IMG/VR virus record: IMGVR_UViG_3300032254_000009
Span: 1-46,043 of that record
DNA: 46,043 nucleotides
Reading direction: 5' to 3' (one strand)
From: a virus
Taxonomy: Duplodnaviria; Caudoviricetes
Shown here: positions 1 through 6,982 of the stretch, in pieces
Numbering within the stretch: the first letter of the stretch is position 1
How the letters are laid out: each line of letters begins with the position of its first letter
Notes under the pieces: model-generated
The model's database searches: none
What the model was told of the DNA's origin: nothing
The model's input: the letters and a program-made list of their open reading frames with translations, nothing else
Made by a program: the position numbers and the translations under genes

Positions 1-126
1 AAAATACTTTAGGTGTCTTGCACTATACAAGCAGAAGCCCCCCTTCCCCCCCTGCCCCCTTCTTTTATATGTGTGTATGAGGGAGACCTATTATTGTTGC
101 ATATGCAATATAATGAGTGGAGGGTC
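1..126. repeat. Terminal direct repeat, left copy (true DTR or assembly overlap)
   Basis: Identical to 45898-46023. Confidence 0.95.
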
Positions 127-175
127 AGACATATTATGTCATAGCCTCACTACATCCATACACTGTCAATACTTT

Positions 176-250
176 GACACTTATAGTTAGTTATCAGACA
201 CTTATACGACATATAGATAGTTATACGACATAGAGAGTATATATAGATAA
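176..250 (+). repeat. Short degenerate direct repeats next to the terminus
   Basis: GACACTTATA twice and TTATACGACATA twice; reminiscent of short repeats near T7-like termini. Confidence 0.6.
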
Positions 251-292
251 AGCCTATACTTCCTTGATTATACATAGACAAACACTATAGGT

Positions 293-334
293 AGTGGATA
301 GGTTGTGGATAACCTGTGTATAACCTGTGGATAA
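293..334 (-). promoter_or_regulatory. Array of DnaA-box-like 9-mers at 11-bp period
   Basis: TGTGGATAA 304-312, TGTGTATAA 315-323 and TGTGGATAA 326-334 (reverse complements TTATCCACA/TTATACACA), plus degenerate AGTGGATAG 293-301. Confidence 0.7.
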
Positions 335-351
335 CTTCTATATAATAGTCC

Positions 352-380
352 TTGACTCTTTGTTTATTGTGTGTTATACG
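352..380 (+). promoter_or_regulatory. Possible sigma70 early promoter
   Basis: TTGACT-17 nt-TATACG. Confidence 0.45.
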
Positions 381-456
381 CGCACATGTGTTCCTTTATA
401 GGGAATATTGTGTGGTTATTAAGTGGTCTTACCAGTGAATTAGATTAAAAAGTTTG

Positions 457-485
457 TTGACAGATTTAAAAACTACCCTCATAAT
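457..485 (+). promoter_or_regulatory. Sigma70 early promoter
   Basis: TTGACA-17 nt-CATAAT with AT-rich upstream sequence, before the first ORF. Confidence 0.8.
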
Positions 486-532
486 GAGCAACAAGTCAAG
501 GCAAACACAACAAATTAACGAGGGATAAGAGA

Positions 533-748
533 ATGGACAACATATCAAACTTTAATCAAGCGTATTATTTACTAGATAAAGAAGGGAAAGTAGATAGTAT
601 AGGTAGCTCGCAACATAGAAGATTAGTTAATAAATGGATGGATATATTTGCTAGTGATAAAACCTTGTCTTGGTCAGTTCAAGAGCTTAGATGCGCTATT
701 ATAGAAGACGAAGAACTTCTACTTGAGCTAGCTATGACTGTAAACTAA
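533..748 (+). CDS. Early hypothetical protein
   Basis: ORF with purine-rich RBS directly after the promoter. Confidence 0.7.
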   Translation: MDNISNFNQAYYLLDKEGKVDSIGSSQHRRLVNKWMDIFASDKTLSWSVQELRCAIIEDEELLLELAMTVN

Positions 749-760
749 GAGGATAAGAGA

Positions 761-928
761 ATGAAGGAGTATGCAATATTTAGAAGGAGCTGCGACCATT
801 GCGGCAGCTTAGATTGGGAACAGCTTTCGATCTGGTTTGATACAGTAGCAGCGGCCAGAGACTATCAGCAGTCAGCAAAAAAGACCTACAACGGTAGATT
901 GTTTATATTTAGCAAAGATAAGGAATAA
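761..928 (+). CDS. Small early protein with CxxC (55 aa, not in ORF track)
   Basis: Hand translation MKEYAIFRRSCDHCGSLDWEQ...; RBS GAGGA. Confidence 0.65.
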   Translation: MKEYAIFRRSCDHCGSLDWEQLSIWFDTVAAARDYQQSAKKTYNGRLFIFSKDKE

Positions 929-932
929 AGCA

Positions 933-1094
933 ATGATAACACAAACAGCAGAGATAAAAGGTATAAGGGCTACACGTAATAAGCGAGGTGTGTGGACCTT
1001 AGTAACAGATAGTTATAATGGATCACACAAATCGCTTGACTTATTAATTCAGGATAGTAAACTAGCAATCCAAGAGATATTAATAATCAGCTAA
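933..1094 (+). CDS. Small early protein (53 aa, not in ORF track)
   Basis: Hand translation MITQTAEIKGIRATRNKRGVW...; RBS AAGGA. Confidence 0.55.
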   Translation: MITQTAEIKGIRATRNKRGVWTLVTDSYNGSHKSLDLLIQDSKLAIQEILIIS

Positions 1095-1157
1095 CTTTGT
1101 TAGCGTCACAGTAGTAAACAATAGTAGTAAACAACTAAACAAATAGAGGGTAGAGGA

Positions 1158-1514
1158 ATGAGCATAACACGCATAGAGTATTGGACAGAAATAGAAAGCA
1201 TAGCTTCTAACTTGGTAGAAGAGAACAAAGAAGTGGCAGGCGAGCAAGGTCATTGTGTTCTTGAACTTATCAACGATAATGATCTTGATTGCGAGACTGT
1301 AAGTGGGCATCAATGGATAATTTACTGCAGCTATAACTTAGAGGTTATCCAACATTCAGATAATGAGGACTACATGCAAGACAATCTAGGGGATGAATGC
1401 TTGGGACATGCACTGAAGAAAGGTGGTTTAAATGGACTGCATCAAGCAATAGCGTACCATGCTATGCTAGCAGATGTACAAGACGAGCTAGACAAGTTGG
1501 AGCTAGACCAATGA
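1158..1514 (+). CDS. Acidic early protein, Ocr/gp0.3-like DNA-mimic candidate
   Basis: 118 aa, about 25 D/E versus 5 K/R; early position; segments resemble T7 Ocr by eye. Confidence 0.5.
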   Translation: MSITRIEYWTEIESIASNLVEENKEVAGEQGHCVLELINDNDLDCETVSGHQWIIYCSYNLEVIQHSDNEDYMQDNLGDECLGHALKKGGLNGLHQAIAYHAMLADVQDELDKLELDQ

Positions 1515-1816
1515 AAACTATGACTGTAAGGCAAGGCAGAGCCGTAGCTACCGCACTCCTCGCTCTCTTGTTAACGTCTGGTTGCACTACACTCGATAAA
1601 CTATATGATAGCTCAGAGATAAGAATAGGAGTTATGCACGACATGAACAAAAAAATAGATGGAGATAACCCAATGGCATACTTAGAGATAACAATGCCAG
1701 TGTCAGATAAAATAAGTTGTGGTTACTCTCACATCTCACACTGGACCTCTGGCATACCATTTAATAACAGGTCAGAGCAGAATGCGGATACTTTAGGTTG
1801 CTATTACAAGTTTTAA
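1511..1816 (+). CDS. Lipoprotein with OMP-like C-terminus (likely start 1511)
   Basis: ATGA overlap with the previous gene; signal peptide with lipobox LTSG-C; ends GCYYKF. Confidence 0.7.
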   Translation: MKTMTVRQGRAVATALLALLLTSGCTTLDKLYDSSEIRIGVMHDMNKKIDGDNPMAYLEITMPVSDKISCGYSHISHWTSGIPFNNRSEQNADTLGCYYKF

Positions 1817-1876
1817 CGTAGCTATTACAAGTTCTAACGTAGCTATTACAAGTTTTAACGTAACTATTACAAGTTT
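1800..1876 (+). repeat. 21-bp tandem repeat, about 3.7 copies
   Basis: Unit GCTATTACAAGTTYTAACGTA at 1800, 1821 and 1842, partial at 1863. Confidence 0.95.
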
Positions 1877-1900
1877 AAATAAATTAAATAGGAGAACAGC

Positions 1901-2020
1901 ATGAAAAGATTTACTAAGCAAGACAGACGAGCAGCACTAGACGCTATAAAAGATATGCTAAGAGAAGGTTTGATTAGCTATAGCACCAGCTTAAAAATGA
2001 GGGAGAGGTGGGAGAAATGA
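1901..2020 (+). CDS. Small hypothetical protein (39 aa)
   Basis: RBS AGGAG; MKRFTKQDRRAALDAIKDML...; stop overlaps the ATG at 2017. Confidence 0.65.
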   Translation: MKRFTKQDRRAALDAIKDMLREGLISYSTSLKMRERWEK

Positions 2021-2430
2021 ACATAATAACAGCAGAAGAACTAAGGGAACTGGATGCTTGCGAGAATGGGTATTGTACTTTCGTACAGAAGAACGGGAGC
2101 GAAGCAACATATTTAGAGGCATTGGAGAGCAACGGAATAGATGATTTGCTTTGGTATTTTGACGAGACTGATAAGCTAACAGATAGTCAGAAGAAGGATT
2201 TGCAACAATTAGATGAGGAGCTTTCAACTGTCTCAATAGAACTGATCAAGCCATACACAGATAAGTACGATGTTTTCTTGAAAAGAGACGAAAGCAAGAG
2301 AAAAGAGACAAGGGCAGCAGCATTGGCAGCAGCATTGGCAGCAATGGCAGCAGCATTGGCAGCAAGGGAAGAGCAAACAAAGAAAGTAAAGACTATGTTG
2401 ATTAGATGGGAGAAAGAAGATGAGCAATAG
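2017..2430 (+). CDS. Hypothetical protein with Ala-rich C-terminal repeat
   Basis: ATGA coupling at 2017; shares IELIKPY...FLK.DE.KR + poly-Ala module with 3305-4099. Confidence 0.75.
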   Translation: MNIITAEELRELDACENGYCTFVQKNGSEATYLEALESNGIDDLLWYFDETDKLTDSQKKDLQQLDEELSTVSIELIKPYTDKYDVFLKRDESKRKETRAAALAAALAAMAAALAAREEQTKKVKTMLIRWEKEDEQ

Positions 2431-2653
2431 TAGCTTCTTAGCTTTGTTTCTTGTATGTCTTAGCGTCATAGTAGTATCATCAGCTACAGCACATCAGGAC
2501 AAACACAGCAAGAATGAAGCTAAATGTAAACAAATGTTAAAGAAGTACAGTTATCAAAGCGGGTACACTGGAGAGTACGAGGTTATACACGGGGACTTGT
2601 TTTGTTATGATAGTAAAAACCATTTGCATCAATACAAGGAGAACAGGCAATGA
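2420..2653 (+). CDS. Small secreted or membrane-anchored protein
   Basis: Hydrophobic N-terminus; overlaps both neighbours. Confidence 0.7.
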   Translation: MSNSSFLALFLVCLSVIVVSSATAHQDKHSKNEAKCKQMLKKYSYQSGYTGEYEVIHGDLFCYDSKNHLHQYKENRQ

Positions 2654-2763
2654 AACATTACGATGACGATACAAACGAGGAAGGTATAGCAAAGAAAGCA
2701 TGGGGCGTAGTTGCACTAGCCGCTATACTTATGGTAGTATTTCTATTTGAACTAATGAACTAG
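2650..2763 (+). CDS. Small membrane protein (37 aa)
   Basis: ATGA overlap; MKHYDDDTNEEGIAKKAWGVVALAAILMVVFLFELMN. Confidence 0.6.
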   Translation: MKHYDDDTNEEGIAKKAWGVVALAAILMVVFLFELMN

Positions 2764-2773
2764 GAGAGAAGCT

Positions 2774-2977
2774 ATGACAGTATTTAAAAGAGAGCCAACA
2801 ATAGAACAATGGATAAGCGAGCAAGTAGCTATTATATCTCAGAGTGAGTTAAGCAAGGAGTACTTAGAGGTAATCTTGCACTACGCTTATGAGAAAGGAC
2901 AAGTACAAGGAGTACAACATTGCTTAGATGAGATAAAGAATGTAGAAGATGATATAATTAAAGAAGAGATAAGCTAA
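2774..2977 (+). CDS. Hypothetical protein
   Basis: RBS AGGAG; acidic 67-aa ORF. Confidence 0.7.
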   Translation: MTVFKREPTIEQWISEQVAIISQSELSKEYLEVILHYAYEKGQVQGVQHCLDEIKNVEDDIIKEEIS

Positions 2978-2987
2978 TAAACATCAT

Positions 2988-3079
2988 AGTAGTAAAGAAA
3001 GAGTAAAAGAGAGAGAGAGTATAACAGCAGTACAGACGGCAGATAGAACAGCTACTCTTCTCTCTCTTCTCTTACTACT
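2988..3079. other. Long imperfect purine/pyrimidine inverted repeat (hairpin)
   Basis: AGTAGTAAAG...GAGAGAGAGAGTA is complementary to TACTCTTCTCTCTC...TTACTACT; non-coding. Confidence 0.7.
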
Positions 3080-3145
3080 TATCTATCTACTTATCTATCT
3101 ATTTAACTACTTGTTTAACTGCTTTTCTTACGGCTTTTATTATAT

Positions 3146-3174
3146 AATATATAGATTTTTTGTTTAAATGACAA
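3146..3174 (-). promoter_or_regulatory. Leftward promoter, antisense to the early genes
   Basis: Minus strand reads TTGTCA-17 nt-TATATT; shares AATCTATATATT with the promoters at 45285 and 45619. Confidence 0.6.
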
Positions 3175-3246
3175 GTTAAGAGATGAAAATAGTTTAAAAT
3201 AGTTTAAAATAATACAAAATAAACAGAAATAAACTAAGAAATTTGT

Positions 3247-3275
3247 TTGTTTTAACTAGTTAACTATGTTAATAT
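3247..3275 (+). promoter_or_regulatory. Promoter for the replication genes
   Basis: TTGTTT-17 nt-TAATAT with extended -10 TG; palindrome TTAACTAGTTAA in the spacer. Confidence 0.5.
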
Positions 3276-3304
3276 ACCTAGAAATTAAGAAGGAGAAAGA
3301 AAAA

Positions 3305-4099
3305 ATGAGAGCATTTTATTTTGCACCAGAAGATAATAGGTTAAGATATGGAGATGGAAGGGAGATAGTTGTAGGGGAAACACACACTGTAGATGCTACA
3401 CCTGAATGTTGTAGGATAGGACTACACGCCAGTAAAAGAGTGATTGATGCTCTTATGTATGCACCATCACCTAATTTGTACATTGTAGATCTTGGGGGGG
3501 AGATAGACGAGAATGATGATAAGGTTTCAGCTCAAACACGTAGATACATAGCCAATATAGATACAACTACTATACTTGTAGAGTTCGCTAAACGCCAAGC
3601 TCTGCTCAACATAGAGCTTATTAAGCCGTATTGCTCTGCTGAGCAGTACGCTGATATACTAGCTTTTCTAAAAGGAGACGAAGAGAAGAGAGAGGAAGCA
3701 CTGGCAGCAGCATGGGAAGCAGAGGCAGCAGCATGGGAAGCAGAGGCAGCAGCAAGGGCAGCAGCATGGGCAGCAGGGGCAGCAGCAGAGGCAGCAGCAT
3801 GGGAAGCAGAGGCAGCAGCAGAGGCAGCAGCATGGGAAGCAGAGGCAGCAGCATGGGCAGCATGGGCAGCAGGGGCAGCAGCAGCAAGGGCGGCAGCATG
3901 GGAAGCAGAGGCAGCAGCAAGGGCAGCAGCAAGGAGAGCAGAGGCAGCAGAGGCAGCAGCAAGGAGAGCAGAGGCAGCAGCAAGGGCAGCAGCATGGGAA
4001 GCAGAGGCAGCAGCAAGGGCAGCAAGGGCAGCAGCTAACGATATGCTTATTGATATGATAGAAGAAGCCACAGGTATACAGATTGAGGAATTAGAATGA
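3305..4099 (+). CDS. Phage protein with conserved N-domain and long AAAWEAE repeat (likely start 3305)
   Basis: N-domain ...C..GLHAS....DAL.YA...DKV; RBS AAGGAG before 3305; Ala/Trp/Glu repeats. Confidence 0.85.
   Translation: MRAFYFAPEDNRLRYGDGREIVVGETHTVDATPECCRIGLHASKRVIDALMYAPSPNLYIVDLGGEIDENDDKVSAQTRRYIANIDTTTILVEFAKRQALLNIELIKPYCSAEQYADILAFLKGDEEKREEALAAAWEAEAAAWEAEAAARAAAWAAGAAAEAAAWEAEAAAEAAAWEAEAAAWAAWAAGAAAARAAAWEAEAAARAAARRAEAAEAAARRAEAAARAAAWEAEAAARAARAAANDMLIDMIEEATGIQIEELE
3703..4035 (+). repeat. In-frame GCA-rich coding minisatellite
   Basis: Mosaic of GCAGCAGCATGGGAAGCAGAG and GCAGCAGCAAGG units. Confidence 0.9.
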
Positions 4100-4278
4100 G
4101 TATAGATATTAGTGCAGACCAGTGCTATTGTACTGTTCTTACCGGAGAAGAGAAGCAGAAACCTGACCCCTTTTGTCCATCTTGCGATGGTGCAGGGAAA
4201 GTAGCTACCAAGCTCAGCTTATATCAGAAACTTAAGAAAGAGGAGAAGCTATGTCAAAGTTCAAAGGGAAGCCTATGA
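4096..4278 (+). CDS. Small Cys-rich (zinc-binding) protein
   Basis: CxC...CxxCxGxG; ATGA overlap. Confidence 0.65.
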   Translation: MSIDISADQCYCTVLTGEEKQKPDPFCPSCDGAGKVATKLSLYQKLKKEEKLCQSSKGSL

Positions 4279-5843
4279 AAAGCTCTACAACAGTGAAAGA
4301 AGTGTTGGACAACGGGCAAGAAGTCTTTGATATACCAGAGAGAGGGATAAGAGCAGAGACTATCAAGCATTTCGGTGTAAGAAAGATGTACAGTGAAGTG
4401 GACCAGCAGGTAGATGGCTATTTCTTTCCAGTAACTAAAAAGATACAAGGAACAAGCAAGATAACGGGGTTCATTAAGTATAACCCTAACAGGAGTAAGA
4501 AAGATGGGAGGTTCACGACAGTTGGCGATGTTAGCGTTGAACATGAGCTACTTGGACAAGCACAAGCGACAAAGGGTAAAAAGGTTTTCATCGTCGAGGG
4601 ATTCTTTGACTTACTCTCTGCATTTCAATCCCTTAACTCATGCAAACCTGAAGGTTACAATGGAATTCCTTCAGTTGTATCCCCAGCATTGGGCATCGGA
4701 GATATCAACTCAGGACTAACGAACAGTAGGCAACACGTAGCAGCTAATATAGAATTTATCAATGATTACTCCGATACTATAGTTTGTTTCGATAATGATG
4801 ATAATCAAGAGGTGAATGTAGGACAAGAAGGTGTACAAGATTTAGCTCTAGTGCTTAAGGACTTCAACAACTGTGTACTCCCTGTTAATGATTGTAATGA
4901 CATGATGCTGGAGCAAGGAGAGAAGGAGCTGTACTTCGCTCTATTAACTGCTAAGACCTTTGAAGCTGATAATGTTGTGCAAGGTGGTATAGGGCTAGAT
5001 GAAATTCTTACACCCCTGAAGAAAGGCATCTTCATTGATGTACTGCCTAAGACTATGGGACTCCTAAGAGGCTTCAGAGAAAGAGAAATGACTATAGTGT
5101 TAGCACCAACAGGGGTAGGTAAGACAACTGTCTGTAAGGAGCTAGGATATGCCTTAGTGAAGAAGGGATGTAGAGTAGGTCATGTGTTCTTGGAGGAGGA
5201 CTTAAAGAAAACTCAGCAGAGTTATATAGCTTTAGATAATGATACTCATCTCCCTAAGTTTAGAGAAAACCCTAGCTGTATAGATAAGGAGAAGGTACAA
5301 AAGAGCTATGACTGTTTAATCAATACACCTAAGACTATGTGGATGAAGCACTTCGGTTCTTTGACTCCCGCTAGTTTAATGGCTAAGTTTGAATGGATGG
5401 CTATCAAGGGGATGCAGTTCATTATTTTAGATCACATCTCTATGGTATTTAGTGGCTCAGACTCAGGCAATGAGCGTAAAGAAATAGATATGCTCTTGAC
5501 AGAGCTAGCCGCTTTTACTACTAAGACTGGTGTTCACCCCATCATTGTTAGTCATATCAAGCGTGTGAATAAGCAGCCCAAGCGCGACAAAGAAGGGAAC
5601 ATTATCTTCCCGTACTGGGATGAAGTTGATGTTACACAAGCTAGAGGTAGTGGAGCATTTGAGCAACTAGGCTGGAATATTATTTGTGTTGAGCCTGAGA
5701 TACTGGAGGACAAGACAAGAGGTAGAATAAGAACAAGGATAGGGAAGAACAGAGAATGGGGGACATTAGGTATAGGGGACACACTAACTATGTCTAAACA
5801 AACAGGCCGATTACAAGTGGCAAATGAAGAGGAAGAATACTAA
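4251..5843 (+). CDS. T7 gp4-like DNA primase-helicase
   Basis: TOPRIM motifs VEGFFD, FDND and DCND; Walker A APTGVGKT; ILDHIS; VSHIKR; ARGSG; KNR; acidic tail EEEEY. Confidence 0.95.
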   Translation: MSKFKGKPMKSSTTVKEVLDNGQEVFDIPERGIRAETIKHFGVRKMYSEVDQQVDGYFFPVTKKIQGTSKITGFIKYNPNRSKKDGRFTTVGDVSVEHELLGQAQATKGKKVFIVEGFFDLLSAFQSLNSCKPEGYNGIPSVVSPALGIGDINSGLTNSRQHVAANIEFINDYSDTIVCFDNDDNQEVNVGQEGVQDLALVLKDFNNCVLPVNDCNDMMLEQGEKELYFALLTAKTFEADNVVQGGIGLDEILTPLKKGIFIDVLPKTMGLLRGFREREMTIVLAPTGVGKTTVCKELGYALVKKGCRVGHVFLEEDLKKTQQSYIALDNDTHLPKFRENPSCIDKEKVQKSYDCLINTPKTMWMKHFGSLTPASLMAKFEWMAIKGMQFIILDHISMVFSGSDSGNERKEIDMLLTELAAFTTKTGVHPIIVSHIKRVNKQPKRDKEGNIIFPYWDEVDVTQARGSGAFEQLGWNIICVEPEILEDKTRGRIRTRIGKNREWGTLGIGDTLTMSKQTGRLQVANEEEEY

Positions 5844-6046
5844 TGAGAAAGAAGTTCAAGATAATGTACCCTTGCGATCACGTTGAGAAAAAGAAGCAAG
5901 GAAAGCCATACCTCCCTCCAAGCGACCACATGGTAGTTATGAACGGAGGAGGAGTTTTCTTCCTTCTTTGCATGGAGCCATATTGCCAATCAGCACGTAA
6001 ACTATCAGATGTGCTTTACAAATACGATGTGGTATGGAAAAGCTAA
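5843..6046 (+). CDS. Hypothetical protein lying between two copies of the helicase 3' end
   Basis: TAATG coupling to the helicase stop. Confidence 0.7.
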   Translation: MRKKFKIMYPCDHVEKKKQGKPYLPPSDHMVVMNGGGVFFLLCMEPYCQSARKLSDVLYKYDVVWKS

Positions 6047-6056
6047 CGCAGTACAA

Positions 6057-6119
6057 ACATTGACAATGAGTAAGCAAACTGGTAGACTTCAGGTTGCTCC
6101 AGAAGAAGAGGAATATTAG
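6057..6119 (+). pseudogene. Recoded duplicate of the last 20 helicase codons
   Basis: Translates TLTMSKQTGRLQVAPEEEEY* versus helicase TLTMSKQTGRLQVANEEEEY* (5781-5843). Confidence 0.9.
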
Positions 6120-6428
6120 ATGAACGAGTATAAACCCGATAGCTGGGTAATTTTAAGACTCCCCTCTGAAAAAGGGTATAAAGTCCTAGGCGGCTGGTCA
6201 GGTGGCTACTTACACGGAGACTCTTGGAGAATTAATAGCGGTATAACCCGTATAGAGAGAGAAGGCGAGTACTACATGATACACGGCTATAGCTCTTCAC
6301 TGTACCGTTGTCATAGTAGTAGATATACTTTGTCGATGAGTACATCAGGTATAGCCGATAGCTTGAAAAAGCAAGGAGTTGAAGTGATGGATGATAGGGA
6401 AGACTGGACTGAACTACTAAAGGAGTAA
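6120..6428 (+). CDS. Conserved phage hypothetical protein
   Basis: Motif PDSWV...YKVLGGWSGGYL.GDSWR.NSGI, recalled from other phages. Confidence 0.8.
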   Translation: MNEYKPDSWVILRLPSEKGYKVLGGWSGGYLHGDSWRINSGITRIEREGEYYMIHGYSSSLYRCHSSRYTLSMSTSGIADSLKKQGVEVMDDREDWTELLKE

Positions 6429-6435
6429 CTAAGAG

Positions 6436-6657
6436 ATGATAACACTTAGAGACCACACAGAAGAAGAGATAAGTATATCTTTTGATGAAGATGGAGACCT
6501 TTTAATTAAGAACACTAAAGGCTCAGCTATCTACATCTTAGAAAGAGATGTTCATAAACTTCTTAAGTTCATAATTACTGAACGCTGCGATAAGTTGGAC
6601 AAGTTCTCAGTAGAGAGAAGTAAATGGCAAGAATGTATTAAGGAGGGGAGGTTATGA
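6436..6657 (+). CDS. Hypothetical protein
   Basis: RBS AAGGAG; in operon. Confidence 0.7.
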   Translation: MITLRDHTEEEISISFDEDGDLLIKNTKGSAIYILERDVHKLLKFIITERCDKLDKFSVERSKWQECIKEGRL

Positions 6658-6785
6658 CGGACTACGAATGTAAACAATGTGGAGCTATGCTCTCTGAATT
6701 CTCTCATCTCTGTTATGACTGTAGGCAAGAGATTGAAGAAGAACATAACGATGAAGAGGCAGACAGGTGTAGGGAGGAGGCATGA
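6654..6785 (+). CDS. Small zinc-ribbon protein (43 aa, not in ORF track)
   Basis: MTDYECKQCG...LCYDCRQE; ATGA overlaps on both sides. Confidence 0.7.
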   Translation: MTDYECKQCGAMLSEFSHLCYDCRQEIEEEHNDEEADRCREEA

Positions 6786-6982
6786 GCACACTAGAGGAGC
6801 TGTGGAAGGAGCGAGAGGCAGCTAGATTGAACTATCACGATGCATACGAGAAGTATACCACGACAGAGAAAGAACTTAGACGTTTGCTCTTTGATGCTGA
6901 TGAAGCTTATATAACTGCTCAGGTAGCTTACAACGAAGCGTATAATCAGGAGAGGAAGAAACATGACAACATACATTCTTGA
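6782..6982 (+). CDS. Hypothetical helical protein
   Basis: RBS GGAGG; in operon. Confidence 0.7.
   Translation: MSTLEELWKEREAARLNYHDAYEKYTTTEKELRRLLFDADEAYITAQVAYNEAYNQERKKHDNIHS

Noticed and set aside
1036-1063. TTGACT...TAAACT promoter
   Set aside because: 16-nt spacing, weak -10, and it lies inside the 933-1094 ORF.
1800-1876. CRISPR-like mini-array
   Set aside because: Repeats are contiguous with no spacers, and there are no cas genes.
1100-2476. TTAGCGTCAYAGTAGTA at about 1100 and 2460 as a regulatory motif
   Set aside because: Only two copies, one inside a coding region, with no consistent position relative to promoters.
3532-4071. Alternative-frame ORFs 3532-4071(-), 3621-4025(-) and 3712-4038(+)
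   Set aside because: Shadows of the stop-free GCA repeat inside the real gene.
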